Shown piece by piece: positions 19,852-29,806 of a stretch of DNA of 64,000 bases. Source of the DNA: Promethearchaeota archaeon (GTDB lineage: Archaea > Asgardarchaeota > Lokiarchaeia > Sigyniarchaeales > SOKP01); NCBI GenBank assembly GCA_029838195.1, contig JALGVJ010000019.1, positions 1 through 64,000 on the forward strand. The letters are read 5' to 3'. The translations under genes were made by a program, and so were the position numbers. Below the pieces are notes generated by a model. The model ran no database searches. It worked only from the letters and a program-made list of their open reading frames with translations, and had not been told where the DNA came from. How positions within the stretch are numbered: position 1 is the stretch's first letter; each line of letters opens with the position of its first letter.

Positions 19852-21122
19852 TGAAATTTTGTGTAATTGGAGCAGGATCCGGGGGACGAGCATTTGCAGC
19901 TTATCTTTCTTCGAAAGGATTTCAAGTTTCACTTTATAATCGTTCTTATTCAAGAATTGCTGATATAAAAAAAGCGGGGGGAATTACTGCTTTTGGTTGC
20001 TTGAAAGGTTTTTATCCAATTAGATTGGTCACACAAAATCTACAATTAGCAGTAAGCGATGCTAATATTATTTTAATAGTAGTCCCTGCTTCTGCTCATG
20101 AAAGTATTGCTAAAAAACTCGCACCATTTCTTAAAAACGGTCAAATCATATTGTTAAATCCTGGCAGAACATTTGGAGCTATAGAAGTTAAGAAAATAAT
20201 AGGTGAGAGAAGAAAGGATCTCTCTATTTTTGTAGGAGAAACTCAAACGCTACTCTTTACATGTAGAGCTTTAAAGAATAATGGAGTAAATATTTTAAAA
20301 ATAAAAAATACCGTGAATTTCTCAACATTTCCCGAGAATCATGTTCATGTCGTCCATAATATATTAGCTTATATTTTTCCTCAATTGATTCCCGTGGATA
20401 ATTATCTTGAAGTTACTTTTAATAATATTGGCATGCTACTTCATCCTGCTATCACATTGTTTAATGCTGGAATGATGGATATAGGCAAACCTTTTAAATT
20501 CTATAATGAAGGGGCAAGCATTAAAATTTGTCAAGTTCTTGAAACAGTAGAAGCTGAAATTAATAAAATTTTAAGTGAATTAGGTTTAAAACAATTTCGA
20601 TTTACCAAATGGGCAGAATCTTCTTATGGAATAAAGAGCGAATCGATATACGATGCCATCCAAAAAATTGAAGCATACAAGCCAGTAAATGCCCCTAATC
20701 AATTAATTACACGATACCTCACGGAAGATGTGCCGACTGGGCTTGTTCCCATTTCTTCTCTAGCAGAATTTCTCGATATCGAAATTCCCACTATTGAATC
20801 AATTATTTTATTAACAAGTTTGTTATGTGGTATTGCTTTTAAAAAAACGGGGAGGACACTCCAAAAATTGGGACTTCACGATTATTTAATTAATCACATA
20901 AATGTCATGCGAATAAGGGGACTTGAAAAAGAAGGATTATTTACGGTTGAAAAGATTTTATCTAATCCTAATGAGTTCAAAATTTGTATTAATTGCGAAC
21001 AACTTAATTATCACGAAAATAATGCTTGTTGGTTATGCCATGAAAAAAATTTTAGACAACCAAGGGAAAATGATTTTGTTAAAATATATAATAATGACGA
21101 AAAATCATTAATTCGAGCGTAA
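19851..21122 (+). CDS. NAD/NADP octopine/nopaline (opine) dehydrogenase family protein with C-terminal Zn-ribbon extension
   Basis: VIGAGSGG, NPGRTFGA, ETQTL, NIGMLLHP, RYLTEDVPTGL. Start overlaps the upstream stop (TAATG). Confidence 0.9.
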   Translation: MKFCVIGAGSGGRAFAAYLSSKGFQVSLYNRSYSRIADIKKAGGITAFGCLKGFYPIRLVTQNLQLAVSDANIILIVVPASAHESIAKKLAPFLKNGQIILLNPGRTFGAIEVKKIIGERRKDLSIFVGETQTLLFTCRALKNNGVNILKIKNTVNFSTFPENHVHVVHNILAYIFPQLIPVDNYLEVTFNNIGMLLHPAITLFNAGMMDIGKPFKFYNEGASIKICQVLETVEAEINKILSELGLKQFRFTKWAESSYGIKSESIYDAIQKIEAYKPVNAPNQLITRYLTEDVPTGLVPISSLAEFLDIEIPTIESIILLTSLLCGIAFKKTGRTLQKLGLHDYLINHINVMRIRGLEKEGLFTVEKILSNPNEFKICINCEQLNYHENNACWLCHEKNFRQPRENDFVKIYNNDEKSLIRA

Positions 21123-21276
21123 TTTTTTTTTCTCTTTCTAGCTTTTCATTTTGATTGAAAAATCTATATTGAATAGTTTTTAAATCCTATTTGGATTATT
21201 TATCAAATTAAATTTATTAGTAAGAACCATTAAATAAAAATAATGAGAAAAATAAGATGTTTAAAAGCTTTTTTAT

Positions 21277-22464
21277 CTAATAACGTTTATTTAATTTTTC
21301 CACGTGTTTTTTTCTTCGATTAACATATTTTTGGATATAAGAAAGCGCATCATTTACCGCATAGTCATATGCAGAAATATTTTTCTCTAATGCACCTTGG
21401 ATGATCTCGTTTACTTTTTCGTCTATTTTTCCTCTAACGAAATCAAATATTTCTTCAGGAGATTTTGCTATTTTATTTACGCCTATAGCCAAGATTTCTC
21501 CCGCATTAGCCACGAAATCGGGAAAGGCTATGATTTCTTTCTCATGAAGGATTTTCGTGATACCATTTTCATACGGAATATTCGCTGCTGGAATTATTGC
21601 TTTCACATGAATGTTATCCACATTGTTTCTATTAATGACATCAGGGCGAGCTCCTGGAATGATGAAATCAATGGGATGGTCTTTTGAAAGTTCGAATAAT
21701 TTTTCTTTTTCTACCTTGATTAGATTTTTACTTTCATAATGATTAATGAGATCATCCCCGTATTGTTGTTTCAATTTCATCAACTTGTCTAAATCCAGCC
21801 CCTTTTCGTTAAAAATGGCTCCTTTAATGGTTGAAACGCCATTTAACTGATATCCCAATTCTTTCAAACTCATAGCTATTCCAATGCCTACTTTCCCAAA
21901 TCCTTCTAATAGAATTTTTGGTTTAGAATTCTCTTCAAATTTACCCTTTGATTTTAAATACTTAAAAATCGCTTCAATGCAGTATGAAACGCCATATCCC
22001 GTGAATAATTCTTCTACGGGAAAACCGTTTTTTTTCATGCCAAGAGGTTTCGGTGCCAATCCAGGTTTACCAATGATATTAAAAATTCGCTCAATATCTC
22101 GGTCATAGGTTCCCATATCAGGGCCGCATACGTATTTATCTTCTAAAATGTTTGTTTTTATTGCTTCTGCAAAACCGGTAATTAATAAATCTTTTTTTTC
22201 CGAAAAAGGATCTCCTTTAATTCCTGCTTTAGCCCCTCCTACTTTAAGTCGATAGCTGGCAAATTTATAAGACATTGCTCGTGCCAATCGTACGATTTCT
22301 TCAAGAGAAACGTCTGGTTCCATCCGAATACCGCCTGCGGGCCATCCAATTGATGTATTATCGAACACTAAGTATCCTTCTAATCCAATACTAGAGTTTC
22401 TTACAATCACTATCTTCTCAGGTCCTAATTCATCAAAAAAATCAGTGGGTAAAGCATTACTCAT
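21277..22464 (-). CDS. Glu/Leu/Phe/Val dehydrogenase family protein
   Basis: GGIRM, LARAMSYK, GGAKAG, GPDMGT, TGYGV, EGFGKVG, PDFVANAG. Confidence 0.9.
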   Translation of the reverse strand: MSNALPTDFFDELGPEKIVIVRNSSIGLEGYLVFDNTSIGWPAGGIRMEPDVSLEEIVRLARAMSYKFASYRLKVGGAKAGIKGDPFSEKKDLLITGFAEAIKTNILEDKYVCGPDMGTYDRDIERIFNIIGKPGLAPKPLGMKKNGFPVEELFTGYGVSYCIEAIFKYLKSKGKFEENSKPKILLEGFGKVGIGIAMSLKELGYQLNGVSTIKGAIFNEKGLDLDKLMKLKQQYGDDLINHYESKNLIKVEKEKLFELSKDHPIDFIIPGARPDVINRNNVDNIHVKAIIPAANIPYENGITKILHEKEIIAFPDFVANAGEILAIGVNKIAKSPEEIFDFVRGKIDEKVNEIIQGALEKNISAYDYAVNDALSYIQKYVNRRKKHVEKLNKRY

Positions 22465-22856
22465 TTAATCTAACCCCCCTCGTTAAGAATTTTAATAGTA
22501 TTTTTTTATTAAGTTATTAATTGATTTAAATGAATCCCATTTTAAAATACTAATGAAAAAGAAAAGAGAGAATTTAATATTCAGTTCTTATTCAAGAGGG
22601 ACCTCCCCTTAAAAAGTAAATTTGTCTCAAAAAATAGAAATTGGAGAAAAATAAACTTAATATATATCCAAATAGATTTAAAAAAGGAAAAGAATTATTA
22701 AAAATAGAAATTTTTTCCATTATTAATAGAAATTTGAACCCTGTTTTACGTGTTTAGTATTATTATTCTTAAAAAAATGGAATTGAGGCAAAAATAGCGG
22801 GATTATTATTAATAATTAAAATTACAATAAACAAGTTGGGTGAATCGATATAAGAA

Positions 22857-23108
22857 TTGAATAGTTTAAAAGAAGTTGATGAGTTAGATAAGAAAGTAAG
22901 AAATATAGCATTAATTATCATGATGATAGGAATCGGATTAATGGTATTGTGGTTAATCTATTGGATAATTTTTTCTTCGATTAAGTTTCAAATTGTATTG
23001 TACCTTGGAATAGGGTTATTTTTAGGAGGTTTATTATTTTTATCACGAATCCAATTTGTCATGTGGGCTAAAAAGAAAGAGAAAAGAGCATTTTTTAAAA
23101 TAGTTTAA
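22857..23108 (+). CDS. Small two-TM membrane protein
   Basis: Two hydrophobic helices, basic C-terminus, GGTGA upstream of a TTG start. Confidence 0.6.
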   Translation: MNSLKEVDELDKKVRNIALIIMMIGIGLMVLWLIYWIIFSSIKFQIVLYLGIGLFLGGLLFLSRIQFVMWAKKKEKRAFFKIV

Positions 23109-23181
23109 ATGATACTCGGGTAAGCCTCTCGTATCAAGAAAGTAGGGTAAAATTTGAAGAATGTTAAAATGAGTTTTTTTT

Positions 23182-23295
23182 GCTAATCTTGGATCAATTT
23201 TGCAGAAAAAGGTCGTAAATGAGCTTCCAATAGATTAGCCTCGTTTTTTTAGAAATGTGGTAAAAAAGACTCTTTGGTTAATGGAATTTGTCTAA
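23182..23295 (+). pseudogene. Second relic of the same DMT/NIPA-like gene
   Basis: ANLGSILQKKVVNELPID*PRFFRNVVKKTLWLMEFV*; clear nucleotide similarity to 17477-17600. Confidence 0.5.
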
Positions 23296-23466
23296 TCATC
23301 ATTAGTTCCTTTTTACTCGCTAAAAGACAAGTTCCAGTAGATAGGATCCAATGAAGCATGAAATAAAAATAGATTTTTATAAGAGGACTTTTTCTTTAAA
23401 CTATTATCTTTCCATTCATGCTATATAATAATCCTTATCATGCTAAAATAAGAGAATAAGTTACAC

Positions 23467-24111
23467 ATGAAGTTAAAGAAAAAAGAAAAAAGTTCGCTTA
23501 TTGAATTGGGTTCTAAATATTTAACTGAATTCATTAAAGGCATGAAATTCTTACACGAGCAAATAAATGAATTAATAGAAGATGGTAAAAACAAGGAAAA
23601 GACCATTAAAGTAATTCAAAGTGAACACGCCTTGGATAAAATTAAAGATGAGTATATAAAGGTTTTATATGAAGAAAAACGAGCATTACCGTTTCTTGTG
23701 GAGGATAGATATCGAATCATTAAATATTTGGATCGAATTTCAGATGAATCAGAAGATTTGGCTCATTTATTAAGGATATACCCTTTTGTTTTCTATGAGG
23801 ATATAAAAGAGCCCTTAAAAAACATTAATGACCTATGTTTGGATGTCATGAAGGAATTAGCCGAATTAGTATCCTTAATGGAACGAGATTTTAAAACGGC
23901 TTATCAAAAAACTTTTTACATTGAAAATCTGAAAAGAAAAGCAAGGAATTTTAAATATCATGTCTTAGAAGATATTTATAAAAAAACTGATAAAACCTTA
24001 ATGATTTACTTGACCGCAAAAATAATTATAAAATTATACGATATGATTGTGCACGCTGAGGAAATTAGCGATTATCTTAGAAGTTTAATCATAAAATATC
24101 CGAATAAATGA
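23467..24111 (+). CDS. DUF47/PhoU-like phosphate transport regulator
   Basis: Helical; EHALDKIK, PFLVEDR, ISDESEDLA, AEEISD; directly upstream of a PiT gene. Confidence 0.85.
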   Translation: MKLKKKEKSSLIELGSKYLTEFIKGMKFLHEQINELIEDGKNKEKTIKVIQSEHALDKIKDEYIKVLYEEKRALPFLVEDRYRIIKYLDRISDESEDLAHLLRIYPFVFYEDIKEPLKNINDLCLDVMKELAELVSLMERDFKTAYQKTFYIENLKRKARNFKYHVLEDIYKKTDKTLMIYLTAKIIIKLYDMIVHAEEISDYLRSLIIKYPNK

Positions 24112-24137
24112 GAAACATGAAAGGTGGGCGATTGTAA

Positions 24138-25109
24138 TTGGAATTCATGACTCTTTCATTAATTTTTTTAATAATATCTATATTTATAGCCATTGGTATT
24201 GGGGCGAATGATGAAACATTTTCTACGCTCTATGGTTCCAAAATTTTATCCATGAGGCAAATTCTCTTATTAGCAACGATATTTGCCATAACTGGCGCAA
24301 TCTTCTTAGGTGAGGGTGTGAGTAAAACCGTGGGAAAAAATATTCTTGAAATTGAAATTACTCACGCCGTGGTTATTACGATATTGATTTCTACTACCAT
24401 TTGGTTAATTATTTCTTCTTCCTTAGGATTGCCTATATCGACAACTCACGCTACAATAGGAGCGATTTTGGGGATTGGGATATTTTTAGGGGGGATAAAT
24501 GGGGTGAATTGGCAAACTATTTTAACAATGAGTTCATGGTGGATTTTTTCACCGATTATCGGGTATATTTCTACTTATTTTTCGTATAAACTACTTCAGA
24601 GATATAAAATTAAGCGTTTAAATGGGTTCATTGATTATCAAAAGACAGAGAAGCGTTTTTCGGTGATGCTTTTAGTTATAATATGCATGACTGCGTTTTC
24701 TCGAGCGGGAAATGATTGTTCAAACGCTATTGGTATAGTTGTCGGCATGGAAATTATTGATGTGGATGTATTACTAATCATTTCAGGAATAAGTTTTGCA
24801 TTGGGAATAATTCTGATTGGGAGAAGTGTGATAAAAAGTGTTGGAACCATCACGGAGTTGCGACCTAGCACGGCATTTGCATCCGAGGCACCTACCGCAT
24901 TAATTTTATTCATTGGAACATTACTGGGGATTCCTCTTTCTGGATCGCACATGTTGATTGCATCCCTTATTGGACTTTCAAAAGCAAGCCGTAATCCTGT
25001 GAGAGAAAAAAAAGTATTGAAAATTTTTATCATTTGGCTTTTAACTTTTCCTATTGCAGCCATTTTGTCGTATTTACTCTATTTTCCGGTTGTATATTTT
25101 TTACCTTAA
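24138..25109 (+). CDS. Inorganic phosphate transporter (PiT family)
   Basis: GAND, GLPISTTHA, AGNDCSNAIG, GIPLSGSH. Confidence 0.92.
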   Translation: MEFMTLSLIFLIISIFIAIGIGANDETFSTLYGSKILSMRQILLLATIFAITGAIFLGEGVSKTVGKNILEIEITHAVVITILISTTIWLIISSSLGLPISTTHATIGAILGIGIFLGGINGVNWQTILTMSSWWIFSPIIGYISTYFSYKLLQRYKIKRLNGFIDYQKTEKRFSVMLLVIICMTAFSRAGNDCSNAIGIVVGMEIIDVDVLLIISGISFALGIILIGRSVIKSVGTITELRPSTAFASEAPTALILFIGTLLGIPLSGSHMLIASLIGLSKASRNPVREKKVLKIFIIWLLTFPIAAILSYLLYFPVVYFLP

Positions 25110-25371
25110 ATACATTTTTAAAATTGGGTAAAATTATTCTTTTTTTATTGCTTTCAATATCATGAATTTTAATTGGAGAAAAATTTTTCCACCTTGGTTT
25201 TGTATTGATTAAAATTACTTTATAATTTTAAAGAATCTCATGGTAAATTCTATAATAACGGCTTAATTTTTTAGAATCAGTATGTAACTCATCAATTAAG
25301 AGAAGAGAACTTTTTACTTCCACCATCATTTTAAAAAGAAAGGATTCAATGAGAAAGGAAATGGGATCTTC

Positions 25372-26232
25372 ATGGGAATAAAAGAGAAACTTAAAAAACA
25401 ATTAGAAAATGAATTATTGGAAGAGGAGCTTAATTTACTTCCTAGCGGATTTCAATCCGTAGGGAAAACAATTATCATAAAACTCAATCCTCGCTTAATG
25501 AAACAGAGATTTAAAATAGGCCAAGCCTACTTAAAAATATTTCCTAATATGAGAAATGTCTACTTGAATCAAGGGGCAATCGTAGGTAAATTTAGAGTGC
25601 CAGAAAACATGGAATATCTAGCAGGTGAAGAAAATCCTATCGTGGTTCACAAGGAAAACGGCGTTCTTTATAGATTTGATATTACTAAAATCATGTTTTC
25701 AAAAGGAAACGTGCGGGAGAGAAAATATTTATCTACTTTGGTCTATCCTAATGAAATCATTGTAGACATGTTTGCGGGCATAGGATATTTTAGTTTGCCC
25801 ATTGCAGTTCATTCTCCGGTTAAAAAAATATATAGTATTGAATTAAATCCCGTTGCCTTCCAATATTTAAAAGAGAACATTAAGCTAAACCACGTGGAGG
25901 ATAAAATCATTCCTATTTTAGGAGATTGTCGAGAAGAAGTGGTTAAACTTAGCAATTCCGGTGTTCGAGCAGATCGTGTGATCATGGGCGTGTTTCCAGC
26001 ACCTCGAGATTACATTGAACAAGCTCTTACCCTAACAAAAGAACCGGGAACCGTTTTTCATTATGAAGGAGTGGTAAAAAAAGATGAACAGGATTATCTA
26101 ACCTTATATGAGGATTTCAAGAAAAAAGCATCAGAATCTCAATTAAAATGTGAATTAAAAGAAAAACGATATGTAAAAAGTTATGGACCAAGGCTTTATC
26201 ATGTAGTTCTGGACATTTTCATCCAAAAATGA
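25372..26232 (+). CDS. Trm5/Taw2 (TYW2)-family tRNA G37 modification enzyme
   Basis: HKENG..Y.FD..KIMFSKGN..ER, DMFAGIGYF, ELNP, ADRVIMG, FHYE. Confidence 0.85.
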   Translation: MGIKEKLKKQLENELLEEELNLLPSGFQSVGKTIIIKLNPRLMKQRFKIGQAYLKIFPNMRNVYLNQGAIVGKFRVPENMEYLAGEENPIVVHKENGVLYRFDITKIMFSKGNVRERKYLSTLVYPNEIIVDMFAGIGYFSLPIAVHSPVKKIYSIELNPVAFQYLKENIKLNHVEDKIIPILGDCREEVVKLSNSGVRADRVIMGVFPAPRDYIEQALTLTKEPGTVFHYEGVVKKDEQDYLTLYEDFKKKASESQLKCELKEKRYVKSYGPRLYHVVLDIFIQK

Positions 26233-26327
26233 AACAACTACCAAATTTTTAAATAAATAAATGATTTTCATCATTTTATAAAAAGCATGTCGCATGATAT
26301 TGTTTATAAAATTTATTTTGATATCTA

Positions 26328-27614
26328 ATGTCCAAACGAATAACGATTGGGTTGGATTATTCACATAATAATCCATTGATTTTAGAAACCTCGAGTTATA
26401 ATGAGTTCATTGATTTTCTCTTCGCATCTAATTATCAATTAAGTAAAATAGAAACCGGATTATATTCCATTGATATTTTAGAGCAATATGATGTAATTAT
26501 TTTATCAACGCCTATTAATGCGAAGTTAGATCCAGCAGAAATAAATGCCTTAGAAGAATTCGTGAAATTGGGAGGCGGCCTCCTCATAGCTAGCTCCAGT
26601 GGAGCCGACCATTCTAATAATACGAATTTAAATGAGTTAACAAGTCGTTTTGGATTTAAATTCGTTTCCGATGAAATTTTTGACTCCATGAATTATGTCG
26701 TTCTTCAGAAGAGGATAATTTTAGATGATATTACACCTCATGCGATTACTGAATTAGTAAATAAAGCGGTATTTTCTAATGCGTGCTCATTAGAAATTTT
26801 AGAGGAGGTAGCCGAACACGACGAGGTAGAAATAGATGCATTAATCCATGGAGGGCTTAATTGTTGGAGGAGAGTATTAAGGGGAAAAGAGTGGGTGGAG
26901 GAAGACAGCCCCAAAATACCCCTTTTAGTTGCTTGCAAGTATCATGAAGGAAGGGTCGTAGGATTTGGGACGATTTCCATTTTTTCATCCCTCGGCAGGG
27001 AGTATGGTTTTAAAGCATTTGATAACAACAATTTAATCGCCAATATTTTAAGATGGCTAACGATTAAAGCGGTTTCGGAAGAAAAAGTAATAAATTTAAC
27101 TTTAAACAATGAAATTTATCAATGGTTAACCGATTTAAAAAATTCAGAGAATTGGGAAACCATTTCTGATATCATTACCGTGGCATTAAAATATTTTAAA
27201 GATCATTACAAAAAGATCATGGAAAAATTACGCAGAGTAGAATTAGAAAAATATAAGACCAAACAGATTTTAGAAACAGAAGGTGTAAGTGATCACGAGA
27301 TTAAAGTGGATGAGAAAATATTAAAAAGGATACCGAATAGAGATAAAAAAGATCTTGAGGAAATCCTCAAATCTCTCAGTGAGATTACGGGAGAAAAATA
27401 TGACTTTTCAAAAGAATTCTTAGAATTGGAAGAAAAATTTAAAAAGAAAAATATTGTTGAATATTCCCTCGAAAAAGAAAAGGTAGAACTTATTGATAAA
27501 TATTATGAGGAAGATCTTAAAAGATTTAAAAAAGAAACTGGGAAAAACGCCATTTGGCGAGGTAAAATCACGCAAGCTTTTAAAGATTGGCTAAGAGAGC
27601 AATATAAGGAATGA
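26328..27614 (+). CDS. GIFT/DUF4350 (IFT52-like, GATase-fold) domain protein with RHH-like segment and C-terminal ETGKNAIWRGKIT motif
   Basis: LDYSHN, YDVIILSTP, EINALEEFVKLGGGLLI, TNLNEL...FGFKF, GRVVGFG...DNNNLIANILRWL. Confidence 0.7.
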   Translation: MSKRITIGLDYSHNNPLILETSSYNEFIDFLFASNYQLSKIETGLYSIDILEQYDVIILSTPINAKLDPAEINALEEFVKLGGGLLIASSSGADHSNNTNLNELTSRFGFKFVSDEIFDSMNYVVLQKRIILDDITPHAITELVNKAVFSNACSLEILEEVAEHDEVEIDALIHGGLNCWRRVLRGKEWVEEDSPKIPLLVACKYHEGRVVGFGTISIFSSLGREYGFKAFDNNNLIANILRWLTIKAVSEEKVINLTLNNEIYQWLTDLKNSENWETISDIITVALKYFKDHYKKIMEKLRRVELEKYKTKQILETEGVSDHEIKVDEKILKRIPNRDKKDLEEILKSLSEITGEKYDFSKEFLELEEKFKKKNIVEYSLEKEKVELIDKYYEEDLKRFKKETGKNAIWRGKITQAFKDWLREQYKE

Positions 27615-27704
27615 ATAGAAGAAATTATTTTAGGCACCCTTGCCCCATGAAATTTAAGGAAAAAATTCAAATTCCTTCTGATTTTCTCTTTCTAGACATA
27701 CTTC

Positions 27705-29105
27705 ATGAATTATTTCATTTTTATTTTAGGCTCGAACTGGAAGTTATCACTTGCAGAGTTGGATTATTGCTTAAAAAATTCAAGATTTAAGGGTAGAATC
27801 ATAGATTATTCTGCTACAGCAGCTATAGTAGAATTTGAATCCCTCCTCGAGCAAAAATATTTTATTAATGAACTCATGGAATTTCAATACTTATTAGGAG
27901 GAGTTCAAAAAATTGGAAAAGCCGCGGGTTTCATTGATTATCAGTCTTTAAGGAATGCTTTTCCTGAAAAGATAGGCAATTTTAAACGGGTAAAGAACGA
28001 AAGGGAAAAAATCAGAAACATTTTAAATTCTGTGGTGGATGATGTTTTCCTTAATATTAAAAATAAGGAATATTTTTTTGCCGTATCTCTTTATCCGATT
28101 TTTTTTGATGATAAATATTATACCGATGTTTTAATAAAACATTTCTTACCCTTCCTTAATAAAGAGATCATGTCCTTATTATTTGAAAAAGGTGCGAAAA
28201 AGGCTTTATATTACAAATATCCGGAAAAATACATTGCTGAGGGGACGTTAAATCCAATTTTTCCTCACCACGTAATTACTTATAACTTGTTAACTGAAAC
28301 CAGGGCTGAAATCATTTTTAGCATGACAGAGGAAGGCATTTATATAGGGAGAACATTTACAACGGATGATCCGAATTTTAAGCGAAAAATTGATGCTGAA
28401 AGACCCCATAAAGATTTTAAAAGTTCCATTCCTCCTAAATTGGCATTAATACTATTGAATTTCTTGAACTTATTTGAAAATAGACATGAAAAAAAAATCT
28501 TGGATCCTTTTGTAGGCAATGGAATGATCTTTTTAATGGCGTTTTTACAAGATTTTGATGTTTATGGCGCAGATCTTGATAAACAAAGGGTTATTAATAC
28601 ACAAAAAAACATCGAATGGTTATCTAAAGAATTAAATCAGGCACCTCCAAAAAATTTACAGGAAAAACTCATCGTTTCTGACGTGAAAGATTTACCAAAC
28701 CGTTTTCCACCCAATTATTTCGATGGCATCGTATCTGAACCGTTCATGGGGCCTTTTTACGTGGAAAAGCCTTATTATACGGAAATAAAAGGATTAATCC
28801 ACTCTCAATTAAATCCATTATTCCATCAAATTTTTGAATCTTCACGATATCTTTTAAAAAAGGGGGGAAGAATTAGCATTACGTCCCCCCTCATTCACGC
28901 TTTAGATGGAGGAGCATTACAACCTGACCTCCAAAGGATTGCTCAAGAAACAGGATTTATAACTCTGCCATTAATGGACACTGAAAGGATTATTAATAAA
29001 TCCGATAAACGCCTTAGATTTTCTGATAAAAATATCTTTTCTTTAATTGATGCAAAGAAAGACCAAATAATTATGAGAAAATTTCACGTATTTGAAAAAC
29101 AATAA
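27705..29105 (+). CDS. Trm11/TrmG10-like tRNA guanine-N2 methyltransferase
   Basis: LSLAEL, RP...SIPPKLA, ILDPFVGNG, YGADLD, FDGIVSEPFMG. Confidence 0.8.
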   Translation: MNYFIFILGSNWKLSLAELDYCLKNSRFKGRIIDYSATAAIVEFESLLEQKYFINELMEFQYLLGGVQKIGKAAGFIDYQSLRNAFPEKIGNFKRVKNEREKIRNILNSVVDDVFLNIKNKEYFFAVSLYPIFFDDKYYTDVLIKHFLPFLNKEIMSLLFEKGAKKALYYKYPEKYIAEGTLNPIFPHHVITYNLLTETRAEIIFSMTEEGIYIGRTFTTDDPNFKRKIDAERPHKDFKSSIPPKLALILLNFLNLFENRHEKKILDPFVGNGMIFLMAFLQDFDVYGADLDKQRVINTQKNIEWLSKELNQAPPKNLQEKLIVSDVKDLPNRFPPNYFDGIVSEPFMGPFYVEKPYYTEIKGLIHSQLNPLFHQIFESSRYLLKKGGRISITSPLIHALDGGALQPDLQRIAQETGFITLPLMDTERIINKSDKRLRFSDKNIFSLIDAKKDQIIMRKFHVFEKQ

Positions 29106-29120
29106 TATTCCTAACACGTC

Positions 29121-29804
29121 ATGAATTACGAAGAATTGCTTGATAAAATTGAAAATGCATTAGAAGGAGAGGTCCACCTTGATCAATTAGCCCAAAAAAG
29201 CGAGGATCCCTTTAAAATATTAATTTCGACCATCCTTTCAGCAAGAACGAAGGATGCAAATACAAGGGAAGCTACACGAGCGTTATTTTCTAAATACAAA
29301 ACTCCAAAAGAAATTGCTAATGCCGGTTTAGAGGATTTAGAAAAATTAATTTATCCCGCTGGCTTCTATAAGGTAAAAGCAGCACGCATTAAAGAAGTTT
29401 CAAGAATTTTAATGGAAAAATTCAATGGAAAGATTCCAAATACTTTTGAGGATTTGATAAATCTCCCCGGTGTAGGAGCAAAAACTGCTAATTGCGTGCT
29501 CGTGTATGCCTTTAAAATTCCGGCCATCCCAGTAGATACTCACGTCCATAGAATAGCCAATCGAATTTTTTCCGATATCAAGACAAAAAATCCGAAAGAA
29601 ACAGAAGCACGATTAAAAAGAAAAATACCCAAACAATATTGGATAAGAATTAATAGACTGTTTGTTAAATTTGGACAGCAAATTTGCTTGCCCATTAATC
29701 CTAAACATGATATATGTCCCATCGAAGATATCTGTGCTAAAGATTTTTCCATGGAAGAAGAGCGAAAAAAAATCAAGAAAAATAAGAAAAAAAAGAATAA
29801 ATAG
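29121..29804 (+). CDS. nth: Endonuclease III
   Basis: PFKILISTILSART, HhH LPGVGAKTA, PVDTHVHR, Fe-S motif C-x6-H-x2-C-x5-C. Confidence 0.95.
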   Translation: MNYEELLDKIENALEGEVHLDQLAQKSEDPFKILISTILSARTKDANTREATRALFSKYKTPKEIANAGLEDLEKLIYPAGFYKVKAARIKEVSRILMEKFNGKIPNTFEDLINLPGVGAKTANCVLVYAFKIPAIPVDTHVHRIANRIFSDIKTKNPKETEARLKRKIPKQYWIRINRLFVKFGQQICLPINPKHDICPIEDICAKDFSMEEERKKIKKNKKKKNK

Positions 29805-29806
29805 TA

